A stretch of 64,000 nt of DNA from Eukaryota sp. TZLM1-RC (Eukaryota > Protista > Metamonada: BaSk clade), in contig JAUPSS010000001.1 of assembly GCA_040285825.1 (NCBI GenBank), positions 3,596,001 to 3,660,000 on the forward strand, in the 5' to 3' direction. Shown piece by piece: positions 35,790-48,369 of this stretch; the stretch's first letter is position 1; the number at the start of each line of letters is the position of its first letter. The notes under the pieces are model-generated. The model saw nothing but the letters and a program-made list of their open reading frames with translations. It was not told where the DNA came from and made no database searches. Position numbers and translations under genes: made by a program.

Positions 35790-38700
35790 TGTAGCAAGCC
35801 TGATGTTTGTCCTTTTTGGATTGAAATATGCAATTTCTGCAATTGAAGTTTCCAAAGCTATTTCAAAACTACCAAAAGGAAAAGCTGCAGGCCCATCTGA
35901 AATTTCTTTTGATCTGTTGAAAATAGCGTGTTTCAGTGCCCCTGAAATTGTTGATGATCTTGCCAATTTTTTTCAAAAATTAATTGTTTTGAAAATTGAT
36001 CCTCCTTTTGAATTACTTACTGCACGTCTGATTGTTTTAATAAAGCCAGGTAATGGAATTAAACATGATGGAATACGCCCAATTGCTGTTGGTGAATCTC
36101 TATCTCGTTTGCTGGCATCAATTGTCTTTGATCGTGTCAAAGACAAAACTTCTTATTGAATCCTCATCAATTTGGAATAAAAACAATTGATGGTGCTTTT
36201 GTTGCTACTCTTGCCTCTGATACTTATTTTATTGCAGAGGAAAATAACTTTATTTATAATCTCGACTTCAAAAATGCTTTAAATTCTGTGATACGAGAAG
36301 CAATTTTGGAAGTAATTAAATCTGATTTTTTGAGTCCTCAAGTTTTTCTACCACTTTCATGGTAAAAAATCAGATTTAATATTTAATTCTTTTGCTTTAA
36401 AATCATCTTCTGGTGTGAAGCAAGGTGATTCTTTAGGCCCTTTATTGTTTTGTTTAGCTGTTTTTTTTACCTTATTTATTTTTATTCAACAACAAATATG
36501 AAATACACAATTAAAACTCCACATCCTCAAAACCTGCCTCCCCTACATCAAAACAATTAATCGCTAAAGATTCAGAAAATTTCCCAAAAGAAGATAGTGA
36601 ATCAGAAATTAGTGTTACCATTGCCTTAAAAATAGAAAATACAATCCTGTTTTGCCAGTAAACACGATTGAAAATTCTTCCAGTTCTTTCCTTTACAACT
36701 ACAACAACATCTTCAAGGAAAGCCATAGCAGCCTTACCCAAAGATCCAAGCAAAGAAAATACAAAGGGACATAAATTATATTGTGCATGAGAATTTTCAT
36801 TAATCGAGGAAATGGGTTTCGCATATTTAGCAATTTTATATTTTTCGCCTGCAAGAAGAGGATTATTAACATCTGAGTTAATGAGATGTTCATTAGAGGA
36901 ATTACAAGGGTCAATAGACATGGCGTCTAAAATAGTAAAACTACCATTTAAACCGGGAACAACTAGATCACCTCTTGTCAGACCCATAGAAGCTCTGTTG
37001 TAGCGCGTACTATCAATATTGGGGTCATCAAGAATAAATTTTGATAACAGGGGTTCTAAAAAGGAATCTACTCGATATGATTTGCACATTACATAAATTT
37101 GGTCCCTGACGTTATATATCTTCTTTAGATATAGAAAAGCATATTAAATTTTTCATGCTTAAAATTTGCTACACTGGGAGAATAACCCACATTTTGAGAG
37201 CTTGTGCTCCTTCCATAGCATTAGATTTATGTTGTTCATTTAATTCATTGAGAACAGGATTTTTTGCTGATTTATTGGATGTAGAACCAGGAATGTTGAA
37301 AAGTCACTTATTTGCTTCAGCAAATTTGGGTGGTATTGGATTTACTAAATCTTCAATTTTGTGTCAATCAGCATTCTTGGGTGGTGGCAAAAATTTTATT
37401 TATGAATTTTCTCGTAGATTTCCTGATGATTCTCATCTGTTAGTTCCCAATTGCAGTCCTTATTTGTATGAGTTATCTTGTGAACTTGAAAAATTGCCAC
37501 CACAAATTTGGACCAAATGTTTTCCCCAATCAATTCAAGAAATTCCAAACCGATCTCTTTTTAATTTACAGTTTTGCTGTAAAAAGCTTCAACAAAAATT
37601 GTCAAAGATTTTTGAAGGCTTGGATTTTGATGTTAGACTTGGCTTGGCCAAGAAAAAGAATCCCGCTTTTGCAAATCTTTTACAAGATATGTGTGACAGT
37701 ACTTCTTCTGCCTTAGTAACAACAATTCCACAAGTTTATGGTACTCTCTTAACCGATTCTGCTTGGACTCCAACTTTTTAAATTCAACAACAAATATGAA
37801 ATACACAATTAAACCTCCACATCCTCAAAACCTGCCTCCACTACATCAAAACAATTAATTGCCAAAGATTCAGAAAATTTCCCAAAAGAAGACAGTGAAT
37901 CAGAAATCAGTTTTACCATTCCCTTAAAAACAGAAAATACAATCCTGTTTTGCCAGTAAACACGATTGAAAATTCTTCCAGTTCTTTCCTTTACAACAAC
38001 AGCAACATCTTCAAGGAAAGCCATAGCAGCCTTACCCAAAGATCCAAGCAAAGAAAATACAAAGGGACATAAATTATATTGTGCATGAGAATTTTCATTA
38101 ATCGAGGAAATGGGTTTCGCATATTTAGCAATTTTATATTTTTCGCCTGCAAGAAGAGGATTATTTACATCCGAGTTAATGAAATGTTCGTTAGAGGAAT
38201 TACAAGGGTCAATAGACATGGCGTCCAAAATAGTAAAACTACCATTTAAACCAGGAACAACTAGATCACCTCTAGTCAGACCTATAGAAGCTCTGTTGTA
38301 ACGCGTACTATCAATATTGGGATCATCAAGAATTAATTTTGATAACAGCGGTTCTAAAAAGGAATCTACTCGATATGATTTGCACATTACATAAATTTGG
38401 TCCCTGACGTTGTTATGCACTTTGCTTCTAAACGTAATGAAATGTTTACAGTTCAAAAGATGAGTAAACAAAAGAGGTTTACCACATTTACAAGTTAAAT
38501 GATTGGGCAAATTGTTTGGCCACAGAAAACAACGAAAACGCATGTTTAGAAGCCATTCATTGTCTTTTTAACAAAAGTCCATAAACAGAGGGAACTTGAG
38601 TTACTAAAGCAGCAGCTGAACTATCACGAATATCCTTTAAAAAATTACCGAAAGCGGGATTTTTAGTTTTGGCCAAGCCAAGTCTTACTTCATAATTCAA

Positions 38701-41700
38701 GCCTTCATATAATTTAACCAGATGGTGCTGAAGCTTTTTCAAGCAAAAACGTAAATTTGGAAGTGATCGAGTGGGAATTTCTTGAACATTTTTGAGGAAA
38801 ACACTGAATCCAGATATCACTAGGCAAATTTTCTAATTCAAATTGCAGTTGATTCAAGTAAAATTTGATTCACCATTGATCAGATGAACATCAAAAGGGA
38901 ACCTTTGGAAAAATTCAAAAACAAAATTTTTACCACCTCCCAAAAATGCTGCTTTACACAGAATCGAAGATTTGGTGAATCCAATTCCACCCAAATCTGC
39001 TGAACAAAATACATGACTTCGAATTAAAGATTCATTTACTTCTAATAAAGAAGAAAAAAATTTGACTCGAAGTTTGTTAAAAGATCTGCAGAAATTGAGA
39101 GATACCGAAGGGGAGTTGACCTTAAAATATGAGTGAATTTTCCAGAATAACAAATTTTTAAAATAAAAAATTTGATGTGTTTCTCAATGTCACATTCAGC
39201 AATAAAACTAAGATCCTTGTCAAACTTCTCCAATAAATTGTTTAACTGGGAATAAATTTCATCCAAATTGCCAAGCCAACATCCAAGAAACTTAAAAAGC
39301 TTGTTGGTCATAATTGATAAAAGGAATCTGAGCTCCACCAATCATCAAAGATTGTTTTTCTCTACCAATCAAGAGACATTTAGATGGGTTCAAAGCTAAT
39401 CCAATTTCTTTGTATTTCGCCGCAATGTTTTCAGAGACCCTAGAAATGCTTTCAAAAGAACCAATAATAGAAATGTCATCCATATAGGCAACAATACGCA
39501 AATCAGGGAAATCTTGTTGTGTCATTTTAATAATATTATGAATAGCCAAACAAAACAGCAAAGGGCCAAGAGGATCACCTTGTTTCACACCAGAAGAAGA
39601 TTCAAGGGTAAAGGAGTCAAAAATTAAGTCTGATTTTTTTCCATAAAATAAATAAAAATATGCAGAAAGTTCAGGAAAATCATGAAGAAGCACATCAAAA
39701 ATACAATTACGTTTCACAGAATTGAAAGCATTTTTGAAATCCAAATTGAAAATTCATTGATGTTGTTGACTATTGAAAAAAACATCTGAAGTCATTGAAG
39801 CAACAGAAGCACCTTCAACAGTTTTTATACCAAATTGGAAAGGCTTCAAATAGTCCCTTGCTTTAGTAGAAATTCTGTTAAAAATAAGCGAAGAAAGCAA
39901 TCTGGTTAATGACTCTCCAATACCAATTGGTCTAACTCCATCAGGTTTGTCACCTTTACCAGGTTTAACTAAAGCAACTAAACGGGCAGCAGTCAATTCA
40001 GGTGGAGGAACATAATTTAAACACATTAAATTTTGAAAATAGGAAGCAAGATCCTCAACAACTTCAGGAGCATTTTTACAGGCAGTTTTTAACAAATCAA
40101 AGGAAATGCCTGAAGGACCAGCAGCTTTTCCTTTTGGTAATTTAGCAACGGCATTCAATACTTCTTGAGCCTGAAATGGATTTTCGAGCCAATATTGACA
40201 AATAGAAGGCTTACTGGGGCAAAAATGTTGAGTTGGATGGAGGGATTTCAATTTTTCAACAGTTTCGAGATTGGTATCAGCCAGTTTTCCCGAAAAAACA
40301 TTTTTTAATCCGCTTCCATATCTACCTCTCAAAAACAATTTTCTTGCTTGAAAAGATGAATTAGCTTTTCCCTGTTTTGGTTTGTAATTAATTTTCTTCT
40401 TATTCTTTTTGGCAAAGAATTTCCAAAATCTTGTTATGTTCCATTTGTTTAATTTCAATTGCGAAGAAAAAGAACGCATTTCCATTGACAAAGGAACAGA
40501 ACTCGCAGGACTCACCTCTACAGGAATTTTAACAGGTGTACGAAGAGAATCACTTGTTTGACAGTCAAAACAAAACAAGAGAGGGCGACCATTAGAAGAA
40601 TTAGAGAGGAACTTTTTGCAAAAAGGACAACTATGTTTCAAGACATTATCCGTAGGATCAGGAGCAACAGTTTTTGGTAAATGAGTTTGATCAATATTTA
40701 AATCATAATTAACATCATCAGCAGAAACATTGGGAACAGGAGGAAGATTTAGTTCGGATGGCGTTTGCAAACTATTAACAATAGAAATATTGGTTTTCAG
40801 TCTCATTTTTTCGGTAATAATATCAGGACATTTTCTAATGTTATGACCAACCTTGCCACATTTGGAACAAGTATGTTTTCTTTTTTGCACTTTTTCAGGC
40901 GTAATATCAGGGGCATCACACAAAGGCAAAAAATCTTTTTTAAAAATTTTCAAATTTTTTTGAGAAGAATTTCGAGCATAGCTTGAAGGGTGGGGAGAGT
41001 GGAGAAGTGAAGGGGATGAACTTGATCTGATGGGTAGAATCTTTGCTTGGGCGTTCCAATCAGTATCAGAGTATTAGCTATTCACAAAACTTTAAATATC
41101 ATTAAGCAAAAATACCCTTCTATGAAAATAGTTGCTGCTGTATAAGGATAATATATCCTTGATTGGTTCATTTGATTTACTACAATTGGTTGCTCAAGAA
41201 ATTGCCGATTCATACTGCAATATTGGGCTTCATTTTAATGCGAGCAAATGCCTTCTGATTGGCTCTTCTGCTCAGGACCTTGTGATAAACGATTGTATTG
41301 TTCCTTTTACTAATTATAGTAGTGATGCTTTTAAGTTTCTTGCTTGTTGGTTAAGAAATGTGCCTCAAATTCAGAATGAATTACAATTTATTTTGGAAAA
41401 AATGAAAATTGAACTTGATTAAATTTCTTCCTTAGATATAGAAAAACATATTAAATTTTTCATGCTTACAATTTGCTATACTGGTAAAATTACCCACATT
41501 TTGAGATTTTGTGCTCCTTCCACAGCATAAGATTTTTGTCGTTCCTTCAATTCATTGAGAACGGATTTTTTTTTTGCTGATTTATTGGATGTAGAACCAG
41601 GAATGTTGAAAAATCACTTATTTTCAGCAGCAAATTTGGGTGGTATTGAAATTCACAAAATTTTCTACTTTGTGTCAATCAGCATTCTTGGGTGGTGGCA

Positions 41701-41950
41701 AAAATTTTATTTATGAATTTTCTCGTAGATTTCCTGATGATTCTCATCTGTTAGTCCCCAATTGTAGTCCCTATTTGTATGAGTTATCTTGTGAACTTGA
41801 TAGATTGCCGCCACAATTTTGGACCAAATGTTTTCCTCAATCAATTCAAGAAATTTCAAACCGATCTTTTTTTTAATTTACAGTTTTGCTGTAAAAAGCT
41901 TCAACAAAAATTGTCAAAGATTTTTGAAGGCTTGGATTTTGAAGTTAGAC
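35790..41950 (+). mobile_element. Degenerate family A copy (35790-36459 and 41074-41950) interrupted by an antisense B-A-B composite
   Basis: The A reading frame (..LFCLA | IHKTL..) resumes across the insert. TTAGCT is repeated at 36454-36459 and 41074-41079. Confidence 0.75.
36460..41073 (-). mobile_element. Near-full-length family B element (41072-37775) plus 3' cargo (antisense A fragment 37116-37771 and second B 3' end 37113-36470)
   Basis: CSKCGKVGHNIRKC knuckle, RT (GVKQGDPLGP, AYMDD) and RLE are spread over ORFs 39754-40953, 39292-39744, 39042-39341, 38854-39153, 38557-38820, 37809-38543 and 36511-37089. Confidence 0.88.
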
Positions 41951-41961
41951 ATTCAACAAAA

Positions 41962-43221
41962 TCAATCATTAATTTTATTATAATTTCTTAATCTAAAACG
42001 TTTAATTGCAATACTAAAAAACCTTTTCAAAATAAACACAACAAAAACAAAAACAAAAACAGATCCCAGTAAGTAACCATACCCTAAATAATCAACAATC
42101 AAATCTCCATCCAGCTCACCTCTCATATTAACACCAATTAACTTCTTGATCTTCTCATTTGACCAACCTTGACCAATCAAATATGATAGCTTTGAAAAGG
42201 CAGCCTCTGGGGTCATATCTTTTGAAGAAATGCACCCTGCTTTAAGCATAGAATTTCCAGTTGAATAGTGATTTAAATCAACAATTCCGGAAAAACACTG
42301 AGAAGAGTCAATCAAAATCACTTCATTTTGATTAGCTTCCGATATGGCAGTCAACAATTCCTTATTTTCATCAGGTATATTACCCATTCCATAAGACAAG
42401 AAAACAATTCCCCTTGCTCCATTCGATACCAAATTCCTGATAAAGTCAGCACTAATGCCAGGATAGATCATCACCATATAAATATCCGTTGACATTGAAT
42501 TTTCAACTGAAAGGCTTCTGAAAAATAAAGGCGATGGTAAAGGATCAGAATTAAAAAGTGAGAGCTCTCCGCCGAATATTCCTAAGATTAAATATTTAAA
42601 AAAATAAATACCAATATTATTAAAAGCACCAGACCCAAAAGCTTCAAATGTAAATGAATCTTTTTTTTGAACCCTATTCCCTCTCATTAACTGGTTATTG
42701 AAAAAAACTAAAACTTCGCCAATATTGATACTACCGGCAGCTATTATTGACCCTAACAGATTTTGTGTACCATCTGAATAGGGTTCACACATTGGAACTT
42801 GGGAACCAGTAATGATGACAGGCTTGCGGAGATAGTTGAGGAGGAAAGAAAGAGCAGAAGATGTGTATGAAAGAGTATCGGTTCCGTGGATAACCACAAA
42901 CCCGTCATATGCTTTGTAATGTTGGTCAATGTCCTTTGCGATGGTGATCCAGTGAGTTTGATTCATGTTGGAGGAATCAAGGAGAGGTGTATACTCCAGA
43001 ACAGTGTAGGAAGGCAGTTTTGGATCGGAAAATTGAGGATTGAGTTCCATGAGATGCTGAAGGTAACCAGCGGAGGGTTGGTAGGAACCATCGATCTTCT
43101 TCATCCCTATCGTACCCCCAGTGTAGAGGAGAAGGACAGAAGGTTTATCAGCTTTAGCAATGATACATGGTGCTAAAAGTAGGAGTGTGATGAGTGTGAA
43201 TGGTACTGAAATGGATAACAT
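41962..43221 (-). CDS. L-asparaginase (type I-like) with N-terminal signal peptide and C-terminal transmembrane helix; probable in-frame 30-nt intron 42582-42611
   Basis: TGGTIGM, LDSSNM, HGTDT, ITGSQ, RGNR, DMTPEAA, NMRGE motifs. Hydrophobic N-terminus and a C-terminal YLLGSVFVFVFVVFIL-KR segment. Confidence 0.9.
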   Translation of the reverse strand: MLSISVPFTLITLLLLAPCIIAKADKPSVLLLYTGGTIGMKKIDGSYQPSAGYLQHLMELNPQFSDPKLPSYTVLEYTPLLDSSNMNQTHWITIAKDIDQHYKAYDGFVVIHGTDTLSYTSSALSFLLNYLRKPVIITGSQVPMCEPYSDGTQNLLGSIIAAGSINIGEVLVFFNNQLMRGNRVQKKDSFTFEAFGSGAFNNIGIYFFKYLILGIFGGELSLFNSDPLPSPLFFRSLSVENSMSTDIYMVMIYPGISADFIRNLVSNGARGIVFLSYGMGNIPDENKELLTAISEANQNEVILIDSSQCFSGIVDLNHYSTGNSMLKAGCISSKDMTPEAAFSKLSYLIGQGWSNEKIKKLIGVNMRGELDGDLIVDYLGYGYLLGSVFVFVFVVFILKRFFSIAIKRFRLRNYNKIND

Positions 43222-44056
43222 AATATGTGAAACATCACATTTGGAAAATCACTTTGGATGACATTCTCCCATGTAGTTAAATCACGTTGTCATTACTTCC
43301 AGCACATAAAGTAGGTTTCTGAAGTTTTAAACAATGAGTATTGAAAGCATGTACAACTGTTGAATGAAATTAAGTTTGCTTCATATAAATTCAAAAGGCA
43401 AGAAGTTGAAAGAACAGATCATGCGTAGTTATTTTACTCAGATTTTTAAATTATGATTCTCAAAGTGTAATATGTTAATTAAAGCTGAAAGAAAATAAAT
43501 ACTTCAATTTAAAATTTGAGACCATTTGAGTGCTCTTTGTTTCAAACCATCAATGAATGGAAGCTGATTCTTTTGTTTTCAAAATTCAAGAAATGCCGAA
43601 ATTCATTTTTTGATATTTTGAAGGCAAACTATTTTATACTTGGACTGGAGCGATTCTTTCGTTATTTGTAATGAAAACCCGCTTTTTGCTTTGCATTAAA
43701 GTAGATGTTGATGCATTGATTGATGGGATTATCTTGCATATGAAAAACCTTTAGTGCGATCGTGATAAAATATTAGAATTTCAAAAGGTCGCATATCAAT
43801 TTGAAAAATCATAAAGCTAAGAGTGACAAATTTATGATTACAACTTAAATTAGTAATTAAAACTTAAATTAATAGGTTTGGATGAAAATTGCGTAAAGAT
43901 TATTGAAACGACAAAACTGAAAAAATGAAATAATTTGAAGTGATTTGATAAAGTGATATTTTGAGAACCAATTCCAATAACAAGGATAATAGATAAAATT
44001 AAATAAAAATTAATAATATTGTTAACCGAGAAAAAAATCAATATAATTAGATTGAA

Positions 44057-45415
44057 TCAATCACTTTCCGATTCTGGCACATACGCTTCCCCTTCACTGT
44101 GCTCTTCTTCGCTTTCAATTCTAATCCTTTTCAAACAAGGCTCTGCAGTTGTTGCAACTCTTAAACTATCAATAAACAGATCACTCAACTCCGTCTCAAC
44201 AAGTGGCTTCAATGTTTCACAACAATTATTTATAATATACTCTGCCAATTCTTTTCTCTTATTCATAGCAACGGCGGGATCAAACCACCTTTCCCAATGG
44301 TTGTTGAGACAGTAGAACTTTGGCTTTTCTTTGGGGTGATAGAGGATATATTCAGCAAAGGTTAAAACAAAAAGGCCACAGTCAAAATCATTCGGTTGGC
44401 TTGGACAGATGGGAATTGTTGATTTAAGTTTATTAGGGGATGGAGAATCATATTTTAAATAATATTGGTAAAAAATGAAATTTCTAATGCAATTTTTCAG
44501 GTAAATCGCCTTCACTGGAATTGAGTTCATGACAATAATGCATGGTTTCCTGTAGCATTTACTTAGTGGCAACAAGGTGACGTCATCTGGTACATCGTCA
44601 AGTGCTGACGTGTCGTGACGTAGCATGTCTAGGTTAACAACAGCTACCAAGACCCAGTGATGTTCTATATTAACTGGTAATAAAAGCAATTGGGAGGAAA
44701 ATAAATCATTTTTAATCCAAGATTGGGGAAATTGACAAAAATCATCAGCAAATTCAAGAATTTTTGCACCAAAATACACTGAAAATAATTGAATTACATT
44801 AGAATTAAATAAATCTACATTATTTTTGTAAATGTAATACTGCATTCCAAAATCAATCAATACGTCAGACAAATAAGATCCAGGTAAAAGATATTTTAAA
44901 TCACCTACAGATAGAGAAACGTTATTGATTTCAATAATAGATAGTGGAGAAAAAGACATATTAGAGACCCTTTGAACTATTGCTTGCATTTTGGAGTGAA
45001 AGATTTGCTGCTCTTCCTTGCTTACCGTACACTTGTTTTTCCTTCTATTGATACGAAAATCTTCGAAAGAAGGGAGAAATTCTTTGGGAGCAGCGATGTA
45101 GAGGTGGGAGATGGTGTTGTTTTGGTAATAGTAATTATTAAGTATAACCTTTATGAACATGTGTTCAGAGGAGAAGTAGGAAGCCCAAGAAAAGATATTG
45201 GTAACATGAACGCATTGGAGCAGTGATGTGTCTTGGTGTCCATTCTTACCATCACGAGGTTCGCGAAAGGAGAAGCCAGAGTGGCAAAAGTTAACCTGAG
45301 AAGGAAAAACAAGGTCATCTATACAAATGACACAGTTGACATTGGAAGTGTTGTCTATTGGGCAAGTGGCTTGAGATTCAGTGTCTGAGTCGAGATCTAT
45401 GTAGTCGCATGACAT
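44057..45415 (-). CDS. Ulp1/SENP (C48) SUMO-specific cysteine protease
   Basis: LLPGSYLSDVLIDF, LLPVNIEHHWVL (catalytic His), PSQPNDFDCGLFVL (oxyanion Gln and catalytic Cys), and a SIM-like YIDLDSD at the N-terminus. Confidence 0.85.
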   Translation of the reverse strand: MSCDYIDLDSDTESQATCPIDNTSNVNCVICIDDLVFPSQVNFCHSGFSFREPRDGKNGHQDTSLLQCVHVTNIFSWASYFSSEHMFIKVILNNYYYQNNTISHLYIAAPKEFLPSFEDFRINRRKNKCTVSKEEQQIFHSKMQAIVQRVSNMSFSPLSIIEINNVSLSVGDLKYLLPGSYLSDVLIDFGMQYYIYKNNVDLFNSNVIQLFSVYFGAKILEFADDFCQFPQSWIKNDLFSSQLLLLPVNIEHHWVLVAVVNLDMLRHDTSALDDVPDDVTLLPLSKCYRKPCIIVMNSIPVKAIYLKNCIRNFIFYQYYLKYDSPSPNKLKSTIPICPSQPNDFDCGLFVLTFAEYILYHPKEKPKFYCLNNHWERWFDPAVAMNKRKELAEYIINNCCETLKPLVETELSDLFIDSLRVATTAEPCLKRIRIESEEEHSEGEAYVPESESD

Positions 45416-45632
45416 CAGCTATTATCACCAAAATATTAAATTGCAATGAAGAATGAGATCTCCAACATGAATAATTTCAGTTCATTATAGGATCAATAGA
45501 GTTAAATCATGGACTGATACAAATACTGGGCAAAATAATGGAAGTCATAGGATCAATAACCAAATTGAAGATCATTTAAAAAAACCAACAGCACATTTGT
45601 TGAACTAAAACTGATATTCGAATACACCAATT

Positions 45633-47811
45633 AAAAAAAATGGATCAAAAATGGATGTTCGTCCTATTGCAGTCTCTGAGAGCTTACACAATATTTTTTC
45701 TGCGTGTTGCTTAAGCAGGTTCAATGAAAAAGCTAAAAAGATTTTATTACCCTTTCAATATGGTATAAATACTACAGATGGAGTCTCTTCAGCGATTTTT
45801 GCTACTGATGTCTTATTTCGTCAAAATGAATTCAATGTTTGCATGTCATTGGATTTTAGTAATGCTTTCAATTCACTAAGTCGTCGCAGTATCCATGGTG
45901 CTCTATTGCAATATATGCCGGAATTAATACCATATTTTCAATCAACTTATTGCACATATTCTAATTTACATTTTGGTAACAACATTTTGAGTTCATCAAG
46001 TGGCGTGAAGCAAGGAGATCCGTTAGGACCTCTTTTGTTTTGTTTGGCCATCCATCCTATTCTACTGCAAATTCAAGAGATGTTTCCTTCACTAAAAATG
46101 ATTGCATATATGGATGATGTTGTGCTTATTGGTGATTTAAATATTGTGAAAAAAGCAACTGTATGTTTTAAAGAATTATTTACCAAAATTGGTCTCCGAC
46201 TTAATTTACTTAAATGTGTTTTGTTATCGAATTCTCCAGTTTCCACAATAATTGATGATATTGAAATTCAAGCCAAATTATATTCAATTGATGCTATTCG
46301 TCATTTGGGTTCGTTTTTAGGAAATAATGATGAAATTACCAAAAAATTGTTTGAAAAGTTGAACTCAATTTCTGACAAAATTGACCGAATGATGAATTTA
46401 GATATAAAAAAACACATCAAATTTACCATTATAAGACTGTGTTTTAGTTCCAATTTTAATCATATAGTTCGATCTACAAATCCTCTTGTCACTAGACCTT
46501 TGGCTCAAAAGTTTAATGAGTTACGTGCAAAAGTTCTGTCTCAATTACTGGGATGTAAAATGTTCCAAATTCCAAATCATGTCTATCTTAGTCCACATTA
46601 TGGTGGTTTAGGGTGGACGAAGGCTTCTATTCTTACCTCGTGTGCTTTTGTTGGTGGATGCAGAAATGCAATCTTTGAGTTTTCCGAAAGATTTGCAGAT
46701 TGGGAAGATTTATTGATGACAACGCAAAGTTCCACTGTTTTTGCATTAAATGAAGAAATTCCAAGAATTGATGTAGAAAAATGGGGTCGATGTTTTCCCC
46801 AATCATTCAATGGCAATATTCCAGAAAAAAATGTTTTAAATTTGAAGTACAGTCTTCGAACATTACAGAAAAGATTGACTGGAATGTATGAAAAAGATCT
46901 TTATAATAATATTTGCAGCTCGGCTGTTTTAAATCAAGATCTTCACTCATTGTTATTGGAAAAGGGTGTTTGTGAAAACAAGGCGTCAGATTCTTCACTT
47001 TTTGTAACCATTGTACCACGAAGATTTGGATTGTGTGCCACTAATGAAGCATTTGTAACAAAAATGAGATTATATTTGAACATCCCCATTAACCAATTAT
47101 TATCAAAAGAAAAATGTATTTGTTCGAATTCACCTCAACTCACTTTGCGCCATGCTCTAAATTGCTCTAAATTGATAACTTATCGTTCTTCATTACATGA
47201 TGCTGTTAGAAACACTGTTTTCAATATGACACAAACTGCAAGGATATCGTGTATCAAAGAGCCCCTGCTGAAAGAAACACTTTCTCTGAATAATTTTGGT
47301 TCTGATGATAGAGGTGATGTATACTGTGATTGGATTGATAATTCTGAAGCTATTGTTGACTTTGTCTCATGTAATGTTGCAAACGATACTTTGGTTCACA
47401 GAAGAAAACTTAATCCTGTGGCTGCTCTGGATTTTAAAGCAAAAGAAAAACATAGAAAATATGATAAAGAAATTGAAGATGCAAATGTCGATAGAAATAC
47501 ACAGCTGGTTTTTATTGCTTTCCCATTTTCGATAAATGGAAGATTATCAGTTGAAGCAGAAACTTTTTTGGATGACTTCCAAAAAATGGTGAAAGAAAAA
47601 ACAATGAAAAGATTTGATATTTTTTTATGGCGTTCACGGATTCAATTTCCCATTATTAATAGATTACCGCGGTTTTTCAATCGAATTAGAGAAGCTTTAG
47701 CTAGACAGCAAGCAAATCAAGATTTTGTAGAGGAAATCTTGGTTTAATGATAGTCGTCCCATTAGTTATGATTTAATTTAATCAAGTGTGCAAATTCAAT
47801 AAATTGAGTTT
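45633..47811 (+). mobile_element. Family D RLE non-LTR retrotransposon, 5'-truncated, with an uninterrupted 698-aa RT-RLE ORF (45651-47747)
   Basis: RPIAVSE, DFSNAFNS, GVKQGDPLGP, AYMDD, CIC..HALNC, SLHDAVR, RGD, KHRKY. The 12-bp TSD AATACACCAATT is at 45621-45632 and 47812-47823. Confidence 0.93.
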
Positions 47812-48243
47812 AATACACCAATTTTTAAATCAAGTTTAGTGTTTACACAATTACGACACAAACACTGTAGAGTTGTTCTACATTATGTAAGTGGAAATGG
47901 TGACACTTAAAAACAATAATAATGTTACACCTATCGCAATTAAACAGAGCTCAAACAGATTTTTATTCCTAATTATTATTACAACCAAAACACTATCTAA
48001 TATTCAATATCCTTTAGTCACTAATTACTAATAGATAGGGAATATTTTTGAGCAATAAATTTTCAGTCCAAAACCAATCAATCATCATGACTAAACATCC
48101 ATAATTTAGAATTTGCCAATTCAAAGATCTAGAATGATTACTGTTGTGAGTCCCTTTCGCCGCATTTTTTCCATATGGTGTTCGAGCATTTCAGCGTTTC
48201 TCTCAAAGATGATAACAACAATTATCAAAATTATCATTAATGA

Positions 48244-48315
48244 GGAGTTGTAGCTTAGGGGTAGAGCGGCTGATTGCAGATCAGCAGGTCACGTGTTCAA
48301 ATCACGTCAACTCCT
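48244..48315 (+). tRNA. tRNA-Cys(GCA)
   Basis: Acceptor GGAGTTG/CAACTCC, anticodon arm GCTGA-TTGCAGA-TCAGC, T-loop TTCAAAT, U discriminator, followed by a T-run Pol III terminator. Confidence 0.95.
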
Positions 48316-48369
48316 TTTTCCCAACAATTCTCTTCCAATGACAAAAATGAGCGAAAATGATAACAAACA

